A stretch of 64,000 nt of DNA from Guillardia theta CCMP2712 (GCF_000315625.1 NW_005434534.1:62925-126924), one strand, 5' to 3'. Shown: positions 39,250 to 52,771, counted from the first letter of the stretch. Notes: generated from the letters alone by a model not told the origin. Translations and numbers: made by a program.

Positions 39250-39745
39250 TGCCTTGGACTTGATATAGAGCAGGAAGAAGAGATACCAGCGAGGGTTGTG
39301 CTCTTGAAGGACGTGCTTCTCGAAACCGCTTCCGTTCTATGCAAGACAGTCAGAATTGACGGGAAGCATCAGGCCAAGACACACCTGGTCAATCTGAAAT
39401 CGTTCGAGGTTGCAGATGAAGCATGTGGACTTGAGATCGTTCTCTGCAGTCTCACGCTTGTCTCTCAGCCCGCTGAAGGCATCGATGACGATTCCGGTGA
39501 TGATGGCAAGCAGCACGTAGATGAAGAGCCACTGCAATCGCGGTCAGCCCTTCATCTTTGTTCACTGGACCACCTGATAGAGAAAGATCCCAGACGACTC
39601 TTGAAAGGAAGAAAGACGGAGATGATACTGTCTTCTACACTGTTTGATGGATAATGTCCGGGCTGGGTCGTGACATCTCTGATACCATCTCTCGCATTTC
39701 ATTGAATAAATAAGCAATGAAGCTCTGAAACATTGTTCTCTCCTA
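39250..39745 (-). pseudogene. IP3 receptor/ryanodine receptor-like pore and C-terminal fragment, frameshifted
   Basis: WLFIYVLLAIITGIVIDAFSGLRD, CFICNL, FEKHVLQEHNPRWYLFFLLYI; upstream TMFQSFIAYLFNEMR / DGIRDV / RVVWDL lie in different frames. Confidence 0.7.
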
Positions 39746-40107
39746 ATGTAGTTGCCCTCTTCCTCCTTGAATGATGTCCTTCGAAAGCCATCCTTCCCCN
39801 NNNNNNNNNNNNNNNNNNNNNNNNNNNNNNNNNNNNNNNNNNNNNNNNNNNNNNNNNNNNNNNNNNNNNNNNNNNNNNNNNNNNNNNNNNNNNNNNNNNG
39901 AGAAAGACATGCTGGGAAAATAAGTTCTATGCCATACATTTAAGTTGCATTCCAAAAGATATCGAATAGAGCAAGGTGAACAAAAAGTACTCCACCCAGA
40001 TACAGCATTTACATAAAATATCTCCCCTCCTCTCCTTATTCAAACAATTCCCCCCCCCCCCTTCCTCTCCCCTACATCCCCCCGGTTCTTCCCTGTTCCT
40101 TCCCCAT

Positions 40108-41872
40108 TCAACGCCCATCCCTTTCCTCACCTCCGCCAGTTGCTGCAGACTCTCCATGGCGTCGAGATCCTGCGAGACAATCTGTAAAAGATCGAGTGTG
40201 GGGCGGGGGGGGGGCGTTTGCGAGAAGAGGAGGAGAGAGCAAAGCGGAGGGGGAGAGAGGGAGTGGAGGAGGAGAGATGTTCAGCTTGACCCTAGCATCT
40301 GCCACCCCGTCTGTCATGCCCAGGAGCTCCTCCAGCAGCCTCCCATACGCGAGCACCTGCAGAATTTCAGCCGTGCGCACACCAAGATACCGTAAGCACT
40401 TCGAGGCGAAGGAGGAGAGGGACGGGGAGAGGAGCTTTCATGGCGTCGCGATGGAAGCAGAAGCTCGCCCCGAAGTCGAGCAAGCAGGCCCACCTGCTAG
40501 AGGGTGAGAAGGCGAGGAGGAAGAGTAGAGGGCTCACAGTGAGGAAGGCTCCACCAGGATGTTGTGTGCATACAAGTCGCCATGGCAGATACCGGCGTCA
40601 TGAAGTGCTGCAACGAAGTTGGTGATGATGATGATGAGAGAGGGAGGGAGGTGAGAAGTATGGAGGGGGAGAGGAAGAGAGTCTACACCTCTCAGGCCGT
40701 TGGCCATGGCATAGGCGATGGCGATCACAGCAGAGAGCGAGAGGGGACCGACAATGGTGTCATTGTGCTCGCCAGTTGTTGCTGAGCTCCTCGTGTAGAC
40801 ATCACGCGTGATGCTCGCAAGGCTCGGAGGTTTTGCCAGGATCTTCGACCCCTGAGGAGCGAGGTGTGTGATGGCTGCCAGCTTCGGCTCCTTCACTATG
40901 CCGATCAAGCTCTGCAACACCGTCACAGGAACCCCCAGCAGCAGGTCAACTCGCCTGCACGTCCCCACAGCTCACAGAGGAGGCGATGGCGATCTCATCC
41001 CACGGAGAGCCGTCAGAGATCGCTTCCTCCTCGTGAAAGATCTTCACCGCCACCGGTGTCCCCGTCGGACGGAGGAGGGCGCGATGAACGCAGCCTGACG
41101 CTCCTCTCCCGATCTGCTCGAACATCTCCAGGTCTTCCATGCTGTACGTCTTGGCGATGTTGTGAGGGGCGCGCGTCAGGTGCTCGTTCCCTGCTAGTCC
41201 GATCCAGGAGAGTCGGGGGAGGAGGAAGAGACGTTCAGGAATGGCCTCGAGGCGGTTGTTCGCCAGCCTGATCAGCTCAAGGTTGTTGCAGTCGGCCAGC
41301 TCGTCGGGGAGGCTCATCAGCTCGTTCTGGGCCAGCATGATCTTCTGCAGCTTCTGCAGTCTTCCTATCGATCGGGGCAGCTCAGCAATCTTGTTGTTGG
41401 TCAGGATGAGCGCCTTGAGGGAGAGCGGGAGCCGGTCCTCCCCGACCTCGACCAGCCTGTTGCCCTTGAACGAGAGAGTCTCGAGGTTGTGCAAGCCTTT
41501 GATGGCTGGGGGGATCCGTTCGAACTTGTTGCCGAGGAAGAAGAGAATCTTGAGAGAGACGAGGCCGCCGATGTCATCAGGGAGGGAGCTCAGGTTGTTT
41601 CCTCCCAGGTTCAGCAACTCCAGGGAGGGCAAAGAGCACACTTGAGCAGGGAGCTCGTTCATCTTGCAGTTGGAGAGGTCGAGGTGCGTCAGGTCCGACA
41701 GACTTCCGTCCTCTATCCCCTGCACCAGCTTCGTGATCTGCATCGCGTCCCCCCCCGCACTCCAGCTCCTCCCCGCCAGCTCTCGCATGGCGGCCAACCA
41801 ACTACCAGTTCACCTGGGGAGGGGTGAGCTCGCCCCGCCAGGGCTTACAGGAAAATCGCTGTCCTCGTCCAT
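40108..41872 (-). CDS. Leucine-rich-repeat protein kinase (LRR N-terminal, soluble, bacterial-type), multi-exon; ends approximate
   Basis: LRRs then IGRGASGCV, VAVKIF..SDGSP.DE, PPSLASITRD, GICHGDLYAHNIL, DFGAS, VLAYGRLLEELL. Confidence 0.85.
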
Positions 41873-42055
41873 ATGAAGACCTTTCATATGAATTATACAG
41901 ATTATTATTGCTGTCTTTAATCAGTTTCTATCAGAGATATTGAGGGGGACCCGAGAACAAGCTTGTCAAGAGAATCAACGGAAAGTGAGTGTAGATTGAT
42001 GCAGTGAGAGAGGAGGGGGGAACAGTAGGACAGGACAATCGGAGGATAGCCCATC

Positions 42056-43383
42056 ATGGCAACAGGTAGTCAGGCATGACAGTAGCTCTCAGTAGGGTAG
42101 ACGTACTCGGTTGTGACCGGGGATTGTTGACAGTGTTAGGGAAGAGGCAACAGAGAAGATGACTATGTGATGTGCAAGCCTTTCATTCCTCATTGTTTTT
42201 CTCGTGCACTTTCTTCAGATAGGAGGATGCAGCAGGAAAAGGCAGCGTGGGAGCTGTACGCTAATATACCCGACCCGCTTCATTGGGTTGCGTCCATCGG
42301 CGACCATGTCGCCATTCGACAGCTCGTCAGTGGCAGTGATGGAGCAAAGATGATTCCAAGGAGCGAACAAGACTCGTCGGCGAGGACTCCCTTGATGAAA
42401 TCTTGTGAGAGGATCAGTGGAATTGCTGTGTCTTCTTACTGTACACTCTGCAGGTTTCTGGGGGAAAGGCACAGCAACGCAACAGCTGATCGCTGAATAT
42501 CATCAGAAACCTCGTCCTGAACCGCTGCAGATCAATCAGGAAGGGCAAAATGTCTCATGCCCATCGACTTTGCATGACGATTCTGGCAGTGCGACAGTAT
42601 AGGATGGAACGCTCTGTTCTACGCAGTAGCAGGGGGAAACATGCAGACCGTTCGAATGATGCTCAAGAAACATGGACTGGACGTGAGTCATCGAGACATC
42701 TCGGGGAAGAACGTCCTGCACGTTGCGGCACAGCATTGTCAAGTGAGTCGAAAGAAAAACCTTCGATACATGTGGTATTCAACGCTGTGTTAGAGTTCAA
42801 TCCTCAGCCTGCTCCTGAAACTCGGACTCGACGTCAACTTGCAAGACAAGCATGGCAGAACTCCTCTCCACCTCGCAGCCTCTCTTCATTCAGCGTGATC
42901 TACTTCGCACTTTCTTCCTTCGTCGTCACCTTTTCTCTCAGGTCCCTACACTCAGTCTTGTCGTCATCGGCCACCGGGACAGGCAAATTCAAGATGGTGA
43001 AGCTCAACAGACCTCCCTTGCCTGGCGTCAACTTTCCTCTGCCGGTCAACAAAGGCAAGAACCTTGTGGACATAGAGAAAGAGTACCTACGTGCGTCATT
43101 GCTGCTATCCTGATCTCACTTCCCCCTGACACACTACTCAAGGAACGTGGAAGAAGACGGATGGAATCAGGCCATTTCCATTGGAGGAGCAGATCAAGTG
43201 CTGCAGCGCCCTTTTGCATGCGGGTGCGGATCGACAGATTGCTGACGAGCAGGGTTTGAAGCCGGTCCCTGACGCTGCTATCAAGATTGAGAGTCTGACT
43301 TGGTTTGCCGCCAGATTGATCTGTGTAACAACAAGGAGGAATCCTTGACCTCGATCCTCAAACCGGAAGAAGCTGAGCCATGA
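42056..43383 (+). CDS. Ankyrin-repeat protein, multi-exon
   Basis: PLHWVASIGDHVAIRQLV, RTPLMKSC, GWNALFYAVAGGN, GKNVLHVAAQH, LLLKLGLDVNLQD. Confidence 0.75.
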
Positions 43384-43539
43384 AATCAAAGATTCTTGTG
43401 TGCATGAAATGTAAATAAAGCGAGAGAGGGAATAGTGGATACAGTTCGATTCTTTCACAGCAGTTTCCAATCCCAAGAGGGAACAACGAGCAAAACAAAG
43501 TTCAGAGAATTGGAGCTCAAAATCTATAGTCTATCAGCT

Positions 43540-44618
43540 TCAGTTTCCACCTTGCGCCTTCTTATCGGCCGCTTGCTTGAGCCACATTTGCTGGTAAAGT
43601 ATCATCAACATCCTTCACGGCTCTCAGTCCCTCGTTCCCCTTACCATGCGTGCCTCCACTTCCTCCTGGCGCTTCTTCTCCTCCTCATCTCTCTGTCTGC
43701 GCCATTCCTCCTGCAACAAACATGAGTCGCCCCGCTTGCCATGCTCTTTCCTGCTCTACCTGCTCTGCATCCGATTCGATGGGCCCGCCCATCACCTTGC
43801 CGCCTCCGCTAGAGAAGACGTCGGCTGCTACATCCTTGGCTGATTCCTTTGGTGGTCCCCAGGTGCCTGCCTGCACCGAATACGAGGGCTTCACGTCCTC
43901 AATCACGTTGCCGAAGGCCTGACAAGTGCATCGGTCAGCCTTCTTTGGCCTCCTACCCGAGGACAAGAAAGCTCACATCCTTCACGACACCCTCCTTCTT
44001 CTTGCGCATGGCCATGTACTCCTCCCATGATCCAGGAGCACCCATATCAGACGTAGGGATCTTCAACGGGTCGACGATGACCCTTCCGGAGCGCTGTAAA
44101 AAAAATATCAGAATGTGGGGAACGCAAGAGCACAAGACTCACAGGGTCACGGTCGCCCTCCTTCAGCCTGCCACTGGTATCGAGACCGCTTCTAGCAGCG
44201 ATGCCTGGCCGGAGGAACGTCAAACCATGGGATGCCATCACAGTATAAAACAGTCGCAACACTTGATACCTTTCTCCTCTGCAATCTTCTTGGCTTCCGC
44301 AAGTCGCTGTTCCACGCGGGACTTGATCTGATCGGACCTGTTGATCTGGAACGAATAGTTTCAAGTCTGACAGACGCATTCTCTCTCTCATCTAACCTGT
44401 CCACGATCTGCCCCAGCCCCGTCGTACTCCTCCTCCTCACTCTTTTTGTCCCAGTCCCAGTCCACCATGCGGAGGGAGGTCAAGCTTGGACGGAGAGCAG
44501 GCTTGCATGCATGGTTAGCCAGCCTGGTGGGAGAAGAGGAGGAGAGGGAGGACAGAGGCGAGGTGATGAAGCCTGAGGCCAGAGCGGCGGAGGAGAGGAG
44601 GAGGAATCGTCTGTGCAT
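43540..44618 (-). CDS. Hypothetical protein with bipartite plastid-type leader, multi-exon
   Basis: MHRRFLLLSSAALASG-FITSPLSSLSSSSPTRL..SLRM leader; continuous spliced frame ending KKAQGGN*. Confidence 0.6.
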
Positions 44619-45837
44619 GTCAGATGCCCTTAAACCCAGTACCCCACCCCCTTCTTGACTCTAACAAGCGGGGTCCACCCCTGAACATACCCCCTTAAAA
44701 TCATAGGAGTCAGGGGGTAGTATATGAGGGGGGTGGGTCCTCCAGGAAGAACAATCTCGAACTACTTTTACTCAACTCGTTATAGTTGCAACAACCTGCT
44801 GGCCCGGCCGGCCCGGGCGAAGAGCGTCAGGTCATTCCCCTACTTTCTCGTGCACCGCTATGCAGGACGCGACAAGTGCAGGCCTCAACTGACCCCCCAG
44901 AGAACCTCCTGCTCAAAGCTACAAAGGTGTCTAGCTCCAGCTTCAGCTCCAGCTCAGGCTCCAGCTCCTATCTTTGCCAGCACTACCGCCTACTAGCTGC
45001 TTTTCTTCCCCCTTGATCCCGTTTCGTGGTGAGGGTATTTTTGCTGGCTGCTATTCTCTTGTATCTTCCACTCGAGAAGTTCCAAGCGTTCCAAGGTAAA
45101 TTTCTACACGTAGATTTCATCAACGCATGTCAGCATATGCCTCCCCGCTATCCCATAGCGGTAGAGGTCTACACAGCATGCGAAAGTAAGTTGGATCGCG
45201 AACAATCCGCATTCGAGCGAATGAGTTGCCGCTTGCGACATAAAGATCCATACATGCCTCTTCTCGTTGAGACCAAACTGTTGTATCTTGTTCCATGATT
45301 CTGACATGCTCCGTTCTTTAGGAGCGCAAGATCCAACAGTGTTTTGCCTTGGATAGATATTGTACATATGGTTTCATTGGGTTGTATTACAAAAAAGATA
45401 TTTGATTGCAAAACTCTCAAATTCCAAACTTTTTCGAGAAGTTCTTGACAATGTCATCGAGTTTTTGAAAGAACCCTTGATTGGTTTGTATCTGGGATTT
45501 CGTTTCGATCAGCACGCTACGTTGAGAAGGAGAGAATTACCTCAATGTCCGTAGATTTTTCCAAGTCTTGATGAGAGTTCAAGTCAGCTCAAAGAAATCA
45601 TTCAGCTGCATGTACCTTTCACGGGCTGGATAGGATTTTTTGGGTTCAATCCCTCTGCAAAAGATAGTGTCAAAAGGTAAATTTATCACTTTGCAAATGT
45701 CAATTGTTACCGCCTGCTGTTGGCTGATCCTGCACTATGGGATCCTTACCGGAGATTTCAACGTCATTCAGCTTCGTTTCAGTAGTTGCTTCAGGAACAG
45801 GCGCCTTCATCGTCTGCTTCTTCTTCTGTAATCATAA

Positions 45838-47530
45838 TTATGATCCTTGGATTTTGATTGCACTTCGATCATTGTAACTCACGTCCATAGATTCTGTCGC
45901 AAGAACCTGCTTGTTCTCTCCAGATTCCTCTTGTGGGAGGGGGTACGAAAGCCCTTCGCCACTGAGACATCCGTCAGCGGAGAAAGTTAAACCGAAATCC
46001 TCACGTCAAGTACATGTCACTGTCATTCTCTTCACGGAGCTCTTTGTCACTCCATCGTTGATCGTCAGGAGAGAAGTCCCCCTTTAACTCTTCGAAATGG
46101 AAGCCCTTGCGTCCAAGGAACCATTCTGCATCCCTCACCTTTTGAAATCAGAATGTTCACGCCCAACAAATCGCAGCAGCAACCGTTAGCATACTAGAAC
46201 ATATAGAAAGATCAGAACAGTTCACCTGCTTGATGTTGCCGTCCTCCATATCATTATCTTCAAGATAGTCTCCGCTCAACAAGTACTCTAAGGCGGGTGG
46301 ATAGCTCGCGCTCAGAGGCGTGTCCTCTTCATAGAAGTCATCTTCACTATCTTGGGGTCCGAGCAACGAGTCATCCAAGTCGTCCTCTAGCTGCTGAGAC
46401 TCAAGATATCTCATCAGAGGGCCCGGATACCTTCACATTTCGTTCAGAAAATGAATTCAAATGGGTTTCCCACAGGTATCGCGAATGTTACAGTGGTGCA
46501 CGAAAGTATCAATGGAAAGCAAATTGCGAGGAGAGGCTGAATCTCCAATCGAGCTCGCCTTTTGAAGACTAGAATTACCTGGCAACAAAAGTTTCCTCCA
46601 GCTGTACTCCCTGGCTTTCTTTCTTTCTTCGTGCGGGCTTGACCTTCACATTCTTCCCACTCAACAAGTCTTGTAAAGCTTGAGGATAGCGAGCCATTGT
46701 TGGGAGCTCCTCCTGCACTGCGAGACTTTCACCCATGTTGCTCAGCGATTCCAAATAGGCTTGCAAGGCTTGTGGATATCTGAGGGGAAAAAATCAGCTC
46801 CAAGAGACTCTGCGGGTGATTGCAAGAAACACGATGTGCGGAACAAACCAACTTGTCCTTGTACAGCATGACGCATGTATTCTCACCGTGCAGTAAGGGG
46901 CTGATCGGAATCTTTTTTCTTCGGGGTTCTCGCCGTTGAAGGTTTTGTCGACCTCTTTGTCTGTGAGCCGGGCCTGTCGCCCTGGTTTTCCGACGTGATC
47001 GCATCACTGGGGGGTGGCGTTGCAGCCTCGGAGCTGCCATGGGATGCTCTTCCTCCTCGTTTGTTTCTTGCAGATGGAGCTTCCTTTGCCACGGGTGATG
47101 ATGACTCTCCCTTTTGCTGCTGGGATTGCACTGACACGGTTGACGGCTTGGCAAGATCCTTGGGATCGGGTTGCTTTCCCAACGACAGCGCCTTTGCCCT
47201 CCGCTTTACCACGGATCCTTCTTGAAGAGTGACCGTCCACCAACCATTGTTGTATTGCGTCAGCACACCAGACTTACCGTCAGTTAGCACGGCATCTCCA
47301 ACCTCGAAGGCTCTGACGCTTTCCACCCTTTCCCCCTTGGCTTTCGCCATGCACACAAAAGAAGATCTGATTCGACTTGCCCGGCACTGGTCAGACACTG
47401 GGAGGCTGCGGATGAAGGCGGGGTGCTGGAGGGAACTCGTCTCAGATGATTCAAGAGCCCTCGTCGCTGCATGTAGCGCGCAGTAGAGCAGCATTCCCAC
47501 CCACCACCGGCCCCCTCCTTGCCCCACCAT
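45838..47530 (-). CDS. Hypothetical protein with leader peptide and KOW/Tudor-like beta-barrel, multi-exon; 3' end approximate
   Basis: Hydrophobic leader; FEVGDAVLTDGKSGVLTQYNNGWWTVTLQEGSVVKRRAKAL; downstream repeat RYPQALQDLLSG / SYPPALEYLLSG. Confidence 0.55.
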
Positions 47531-47549
47531 TTTCCCGCCGCCTATGATG

Positions 47550-48010
47550 ATGATACCCCTCCCTTCTCCTCACCCCACACCCCAGCAACTCAGACACCCC
47601 ACCCACTTTCATACCCACCCCGTGGGACCAATTCTTGTAAATGATGAATCACCCCTACAAAACACTATCAAAACCACCCGTTAAAATTCATTTTTCAATC
47701 ACCCCACCCTCAGTAAATCCTTGGTAACACTCACGTTCCCCCACTCGCAAACCCTACCGACTTACTCCGAAGAACCCCCTCTCATCCCCATTTCATCACG
47801 GGTGGGGTGGGTATTTTTTATCCACCATGGTCACCGGGTGCCGGACCGGGCCGGGCCGGGCCTCGCACTGAGTCGGGCGAGTCGAAGAGCGGTCAGCAGG
47901 TTATGAGCCTCTGATTGGGTTGTTGTCGGAGTTCTCGGGTCAAGAATGAGGAAGGGGGGGTACTCCTTGGTAAGATTTTACTCACAAGGGGGGTAGGGGT
48001 AATCACAGAT
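47550..48010. promoter_or_regulatory. YACCCC/GGGGTR cloud plus CCGG island in a divergent promoter (47530 gene / myosin)
   Basis: caccccac, tacccaccc, gggtggggtgggta, ccgggccgggccgggcc, gggggtaggggta. Confidence 0.5.
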
Positions 48011-48436
48011 AAGTGAAAATGTTCGGAACGGTCGAGTTCAAAACATGGCAGAAATCAGGGAGGGAGCGAGGAAGGGGGGGGGGGGGAGCGTGGGACGGAA
48101 GATGAAGTGCGAATTAGTTTTGTACCTTGTTACAAAGAAGGAGAGTTCACCTTATAACAAATCGTGGAGAGGCAAAGGATTGATCAAAAGGCAGTAGAAA
48201 CTTGAAGGACGTATCCAGCAAATGATCAACTGTGCGCCAAATTATCTTTGAGATAGAGAGAATATGCTCAACGCGTGCATTTTTGATATCAAAATCTGGA
48301 TACTTCTTCTTCATAGTAAGATCAACTTTCTGGAATGAAAGGTGTTTCGTTCAGAGCCTGACCCCTGACTTTGGCACCAAAACATAATGTTCTCAATCCA
48401 CGACTTTGTATAATCTGCAGTCTGCAGGCTCGACAC

Positions 48437-51400
48437 ATGGCGGGAAAGATTTCTTCAGATTGAGAAGACAGAGGGAATGAAGGGTGAGCTTGACGACCAT
48501 TGTTTGCCTCTCCGTGTTGCGCTCCCGTCCCTCCCCTCTGTTTACCCCCTCCCCTCCCCCTCCCCCTCTCGTCACCCCCGTCCCCTTACCCACCGACCTC
48601 TCAAGTTCATTTCAGAAACCTCCAGCAACGTCTGCTGGGTGCACACGTCCAACTTGCAATGGGATCTCGCTCAGATTGTCGAGACTACAGAGGATGACAG
48701 TTACTTGCTCAGGCTTTCCTGCGGCTCCTCAAAAACGGTAGGTGGAGGAGGAGGAGGAGGTAGAGGAGGACAGAATTCTGACTGTATCGCAGGTTCCGAT
48801 CTCCCAGACACTTCCAGTCAATGCGATCGACGCACAAGACATGGATGATCTGACCAAGGTGAGAAAGCAGGACCTTGAAGGGAGGGGAAAGAAGAGACGA
48901 GACAGAGACGGAGAGCAAAGGATAATAGAAGTTTAGGGAGGGTGGTCGTAGAGTCGGAGAGGCAAGGGCGTGGCAAATACATCATGACGTTCCTTCAGCT
49001 GCAGTACTTGGACGAACCGAACATCCTAAACGCGCTGAGGAGGAGGTATGCCGAGGATAAGATCTACACCTATACTGGCGACATTCTCATCGTCGTCAAT
49101 CCCTGGAAGGAGATTCCCTCGCTCTACAGCGCTGACTGCATGCAGCGATACCAGAGGATGGGAGCTGCACGCCTCCCGCCTCACGCGTTCGCCATGGCCG
49201 ATGCAGCGTACCACGCGATGCTGAGAGAGGGGAATCAGAGTGTGCTGGTGAGCGGGGAGAGCGGGTCAGGCAAGACGGAGGCGACGAAGCATCTCATGCA
49301 ACACCTCGCTGGCCTCAGTGGCCTAGAGGTTCAAGGGGACGGAGGAGGAGGAAGCAGCATCGAGCGGCAGGTGCTGGGGTCAAACCCGCTCCTCGAGGCC
49401 TTCGGGAATGCCAAGACCATCCGCAACGACAACTCTTCCCGGTTTGGGAAATTCATCCAACTGTTCTTCGAGAGGAGCGAGGGGAAAGGGTGCACGGCGT
49501 CGGCAGAGGATGGGGACGGAGAGGCTGACAGCAGAGGGGATGGAGGGGGGAGGGAGAGTGCTCACCTAGTTGGGGCAGCGATCCAAACGTACCTGCTGGA
49601 GAAGTCGCGTATCGTCAAGATCGCGGAGAAGGAGAGGAACTTTCATGTCTTCTACCAGCTCTGTGCTGCCGCCCAGCATCCGGATGCGGAGGAGTTGCAG
49701 GTCGCAGAGCTCGGGCTGGAGGCGGCCGACAAGTACGTGAGCCTGGCGGCAGGAGGAGCCGTGAGAGAGGAGGGCAAGGACGACCATGCCGCCTTCCTTC
49801 GCACTCTCAAGGCGATGGACCTAGTGGGGGTGCGGGAGGAGGAGCGACGTGAAATGTTCCGCGTGCTAGCTGCCATCCTCCACCTCGGCAACCTGGCGTT
49901 CACGTGGACCGGAGAGACCTGCGAGCTCGTGCCGGACCCCCGCGACCCGCTAGGCAAAGCTGCTGCCCTCCTCGGCTGCTCCTCCTCGCAGCTTCAGGAA
50001 GTTCTTCTGCGCCGACAGATCCGGGCAGCGATGGAGACGGTGAGCATGGAGTTGTCGGAGGAGCAGGCGGAGGCGTCACGGGATGCCATCAGCAAGGCCC
50101 TCTACTCGCAGCTCTTCCACTGGCTCGTTGCTCGCGTCAACCAGACGCTCCGCCTGCATGATGGCCGTCCAGAGAGGACGGACTCCTCCTCCTTTTTCCC
50201 TCCTGCCTCCTCCTCCTCCTCCTTCTCCCCTCCCTCTTCCCTGCGCATCGGGATCCTCGACATCTTCGGCTTCGAGATCTTGGAGACCAACAGCTTCGAG
50301 CAGCTCTGCATCAACTTTGCCAACGAACGTCTGCAGCAGCAGTTCAACCACTTCGTGCTGCGGAGGGAGCAGGAGGAGTACGTGGAGGAGGGGATCGAGT
50401 GGAGCTACGTGGACTTCAGCGACAACCAGGCGTGTGTGGAGCTGCTGGAGAACCGGAGCTCCGGCATCTTTGCGATGCTGGACGAGGAGGGTAGGGTCCC
50501 AGGAGGGTCGGACGAGGGGTTTGCGCACAAGGTGAGGAGGACGAGCCATGCGCACGTGGCGGCTCCGCGTCTCGCCCCCCTCAGCTTCCTCGTCCGCCAC
50601 TACGCGGGGGACGTGACGTACGAGTGCCGCGGGTTCCTTGCCAAGAACCAGGACATCCTCGGGCTCGACCTCCAGCTGTTCCTTACCTCCCGCTCCTCTC
50701 CCTTCCTCCGCTCTCTCTTTGCGGGCTCCGAAGCTGGTCCTGGAGACACCTGTTCTTCTCCCTCTCCCCGCTCTGAGGTGGGAGGTCAGCTGGGGAAGAG
50801 CTGGGGAAGGAGCTCGCTGCCGTCGGCAGCTGAGAGTCAGAGCTCGCAGTTCAAGCGCCAACTCCGTGGGCTGTGCGAGGCGATCGCGGCAACGCACCCT
50901 CACTTCCTCCGCTGTCTAAACCCCAACCCCTCCAAGATGCCCGCCCGCTTCTTGGACCCCCTCGTCCTCCTCCAGCTCCGCTGCGGGGGTCTCATCGAAG
51001 CCGTTCGCATCTGCCGTGCTAGCTTCCCAGCTCGCCTCTCCTTCCGGGAATTGATGCTTAGGTATGGAGGGCCCGCGAGCCTTCGCTGTCAACGGCCAGC
51101 CTCCTCCTCCTCCTCCTCCTCCTTCTCTCCCTCCAACGCTACAGTTGAGCATGTGCGGGAGCTACTGGCGGTGTGGGGGGCGAGCGAGGCCTCCTACAGC
51201 ATCGGGCGGACGAAGATCTTCATGCGAGCTGAGCTGGCGGAGCTGCTGGAGAGGGAGCGTGTCAAGGCCATCGCCGCCTCCTCGTCCATTCTCATGCGGG
51301 CAGGCAAGGCAGCGTGTGCTCGGAGAGAGCTGGGGAAGAAGAGGAGAAGCGCCTTGCTGCTTCAGGCATGCGCCAGGATGTCCATCGCGAGCCACGTGCG

Positions 51401-52742
51401 GGCACTGCGAATGTCGAGCAGCTCATTGCAGGCAGCAGTGCGAGCAAGCACAGCACGGGAGCAGCTGGACAAGACTAAGGATGCTGTCGCTTCTCTCACC
51501 CGGTTCCTCCTCTGCTCCTCCCCCTCCGTCCGTGAGAGGAAGCAAAGGATCGAAGATGAGCAGCGTGAGGAAGAAGCGTTGAGGGTGAAGCAAATCAGTG
51601 CGTCAGATCAAGTCGATGAGAAGGAAGTCAGAGAGAAAGTAGATCGAGAGGAGGAAGGTAAGATAGGAAAGAAAGGAGAGAGGGAGGAGAATGGAAGATA
51701 GGAAAGAAAGGAGAGAGGGAGGAGAATGGAGGTAAAGAGAAGAAGGTAGAGAGGGAGGAGAATGGAGGTAAAGAGAAGAAGGTAGAGAGGGAGGAGGAAG
51801 GTAAGTTAGGAAAGGAAGGAGAGAGGGAGCAGGAAGGTACAGAGGAGGAGGCGAAGCAAGGGAAGGGACGAAGGCTTGAGCCTCGCCCTGCTCAACTTTC
51901 GACCAGCCAAGAGGAGCACGAGGGAGCGTGCGCGCAGCTCCTGCTGGAGGAATCGCCGTCAGAGACTAGAGGAGGAAGGTGGTCGAGGACAAGGAGCATG
52001 ATGGGCAGCTGCACCAACCCAACTTGCTCCTTGTCCAAGAAATCTCTCGAGAATCGTCTGAGAGAGATGGAGGATGTGAGCTTCTCCTCTCCCTCCCTCT
52101 CCTCCTCCTCCTCCTCCTCTCTCTCTCTCTCCTCTCTTCTCCTCCTCCTCCTCCACATTCTTCTCCTCCACCACCACATCCTCCTTTCTCACTCTCTTAC
52201 CTTGTTTGCTGTCTCTGCTTTCACTTTCTTCTGCTCTTTCGCTTTCCTTTCCTTCTGTTTGTTGAGCGAGGTTGCAGGAGAAGAGGAGGATCGAGAATCT
52301 CTACTACGAGGAGGCGGCAGACAACAAGGCCCTGAGGAGGAAGCTGCAGGAGCTGAGGGAGGAGGTGGAGGAGCACAAGAAGAAGTCACTGGCGACCAAG
52401 ATGAGCGAGAGGAGGCGGCAGGAGGGGAAGGAGAACAGCTGGGAGGAGGAAAGGGACGAGCGACTGCGAGCGATGGAGGAGGAGGTCAAACGCTGCCGAC
52501 AGCGAGAAGAAGCGTAAGTGGAGAGGAGGAGAGCGAGAGAAAGTGAGAGAAGGGTGAGGAGGAGGGCAGGAGGAGGAGGAAGAAGGACGGTGTGGGAGCA
52601 GGAGTGTGCTGACTTGTGTCTCAGGCTAAAGGCTCAGAACACGAAGCTGCAGAAGCAGCTGAACATCAGCCAGAAGTTCGCGATCAGGCGCATCGGACAG
52701 ATCTGTGCCGCGTTCGGAGAAACGAGCGAGGAGGGGAGATGA
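48437..52742 (+). CDS. Myosin heavy chain (SH3-like N-terminus, motor, IQ-like neck, coiled-coil tail)
   Basis: GESGSGKTE P-loop, NPLLEAFGNAKTIRNDNSSRFGK, LLEKSR, DIFGFE, NSFEQLCINFANE, IGRTKIFMR. Confidence 0.95.
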
Positions 52743-52771
52743 GGAGGAGAAGAGTTGAAATGTACATGACA

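Noticed and set aside
44860-45830. Short ORFs as a gene, with faint similarity (VEVYTACESKL) to the 21521 gene
   Set aside because: No consistent spliced model and the similarity is too short
49026-51582. Numerous antisense and alternative-frame ORFs over myosin (likewise over the methyltransferase and LRR genes)
   Set aside because: Shadow ORFs caused by GC-rich codon usage
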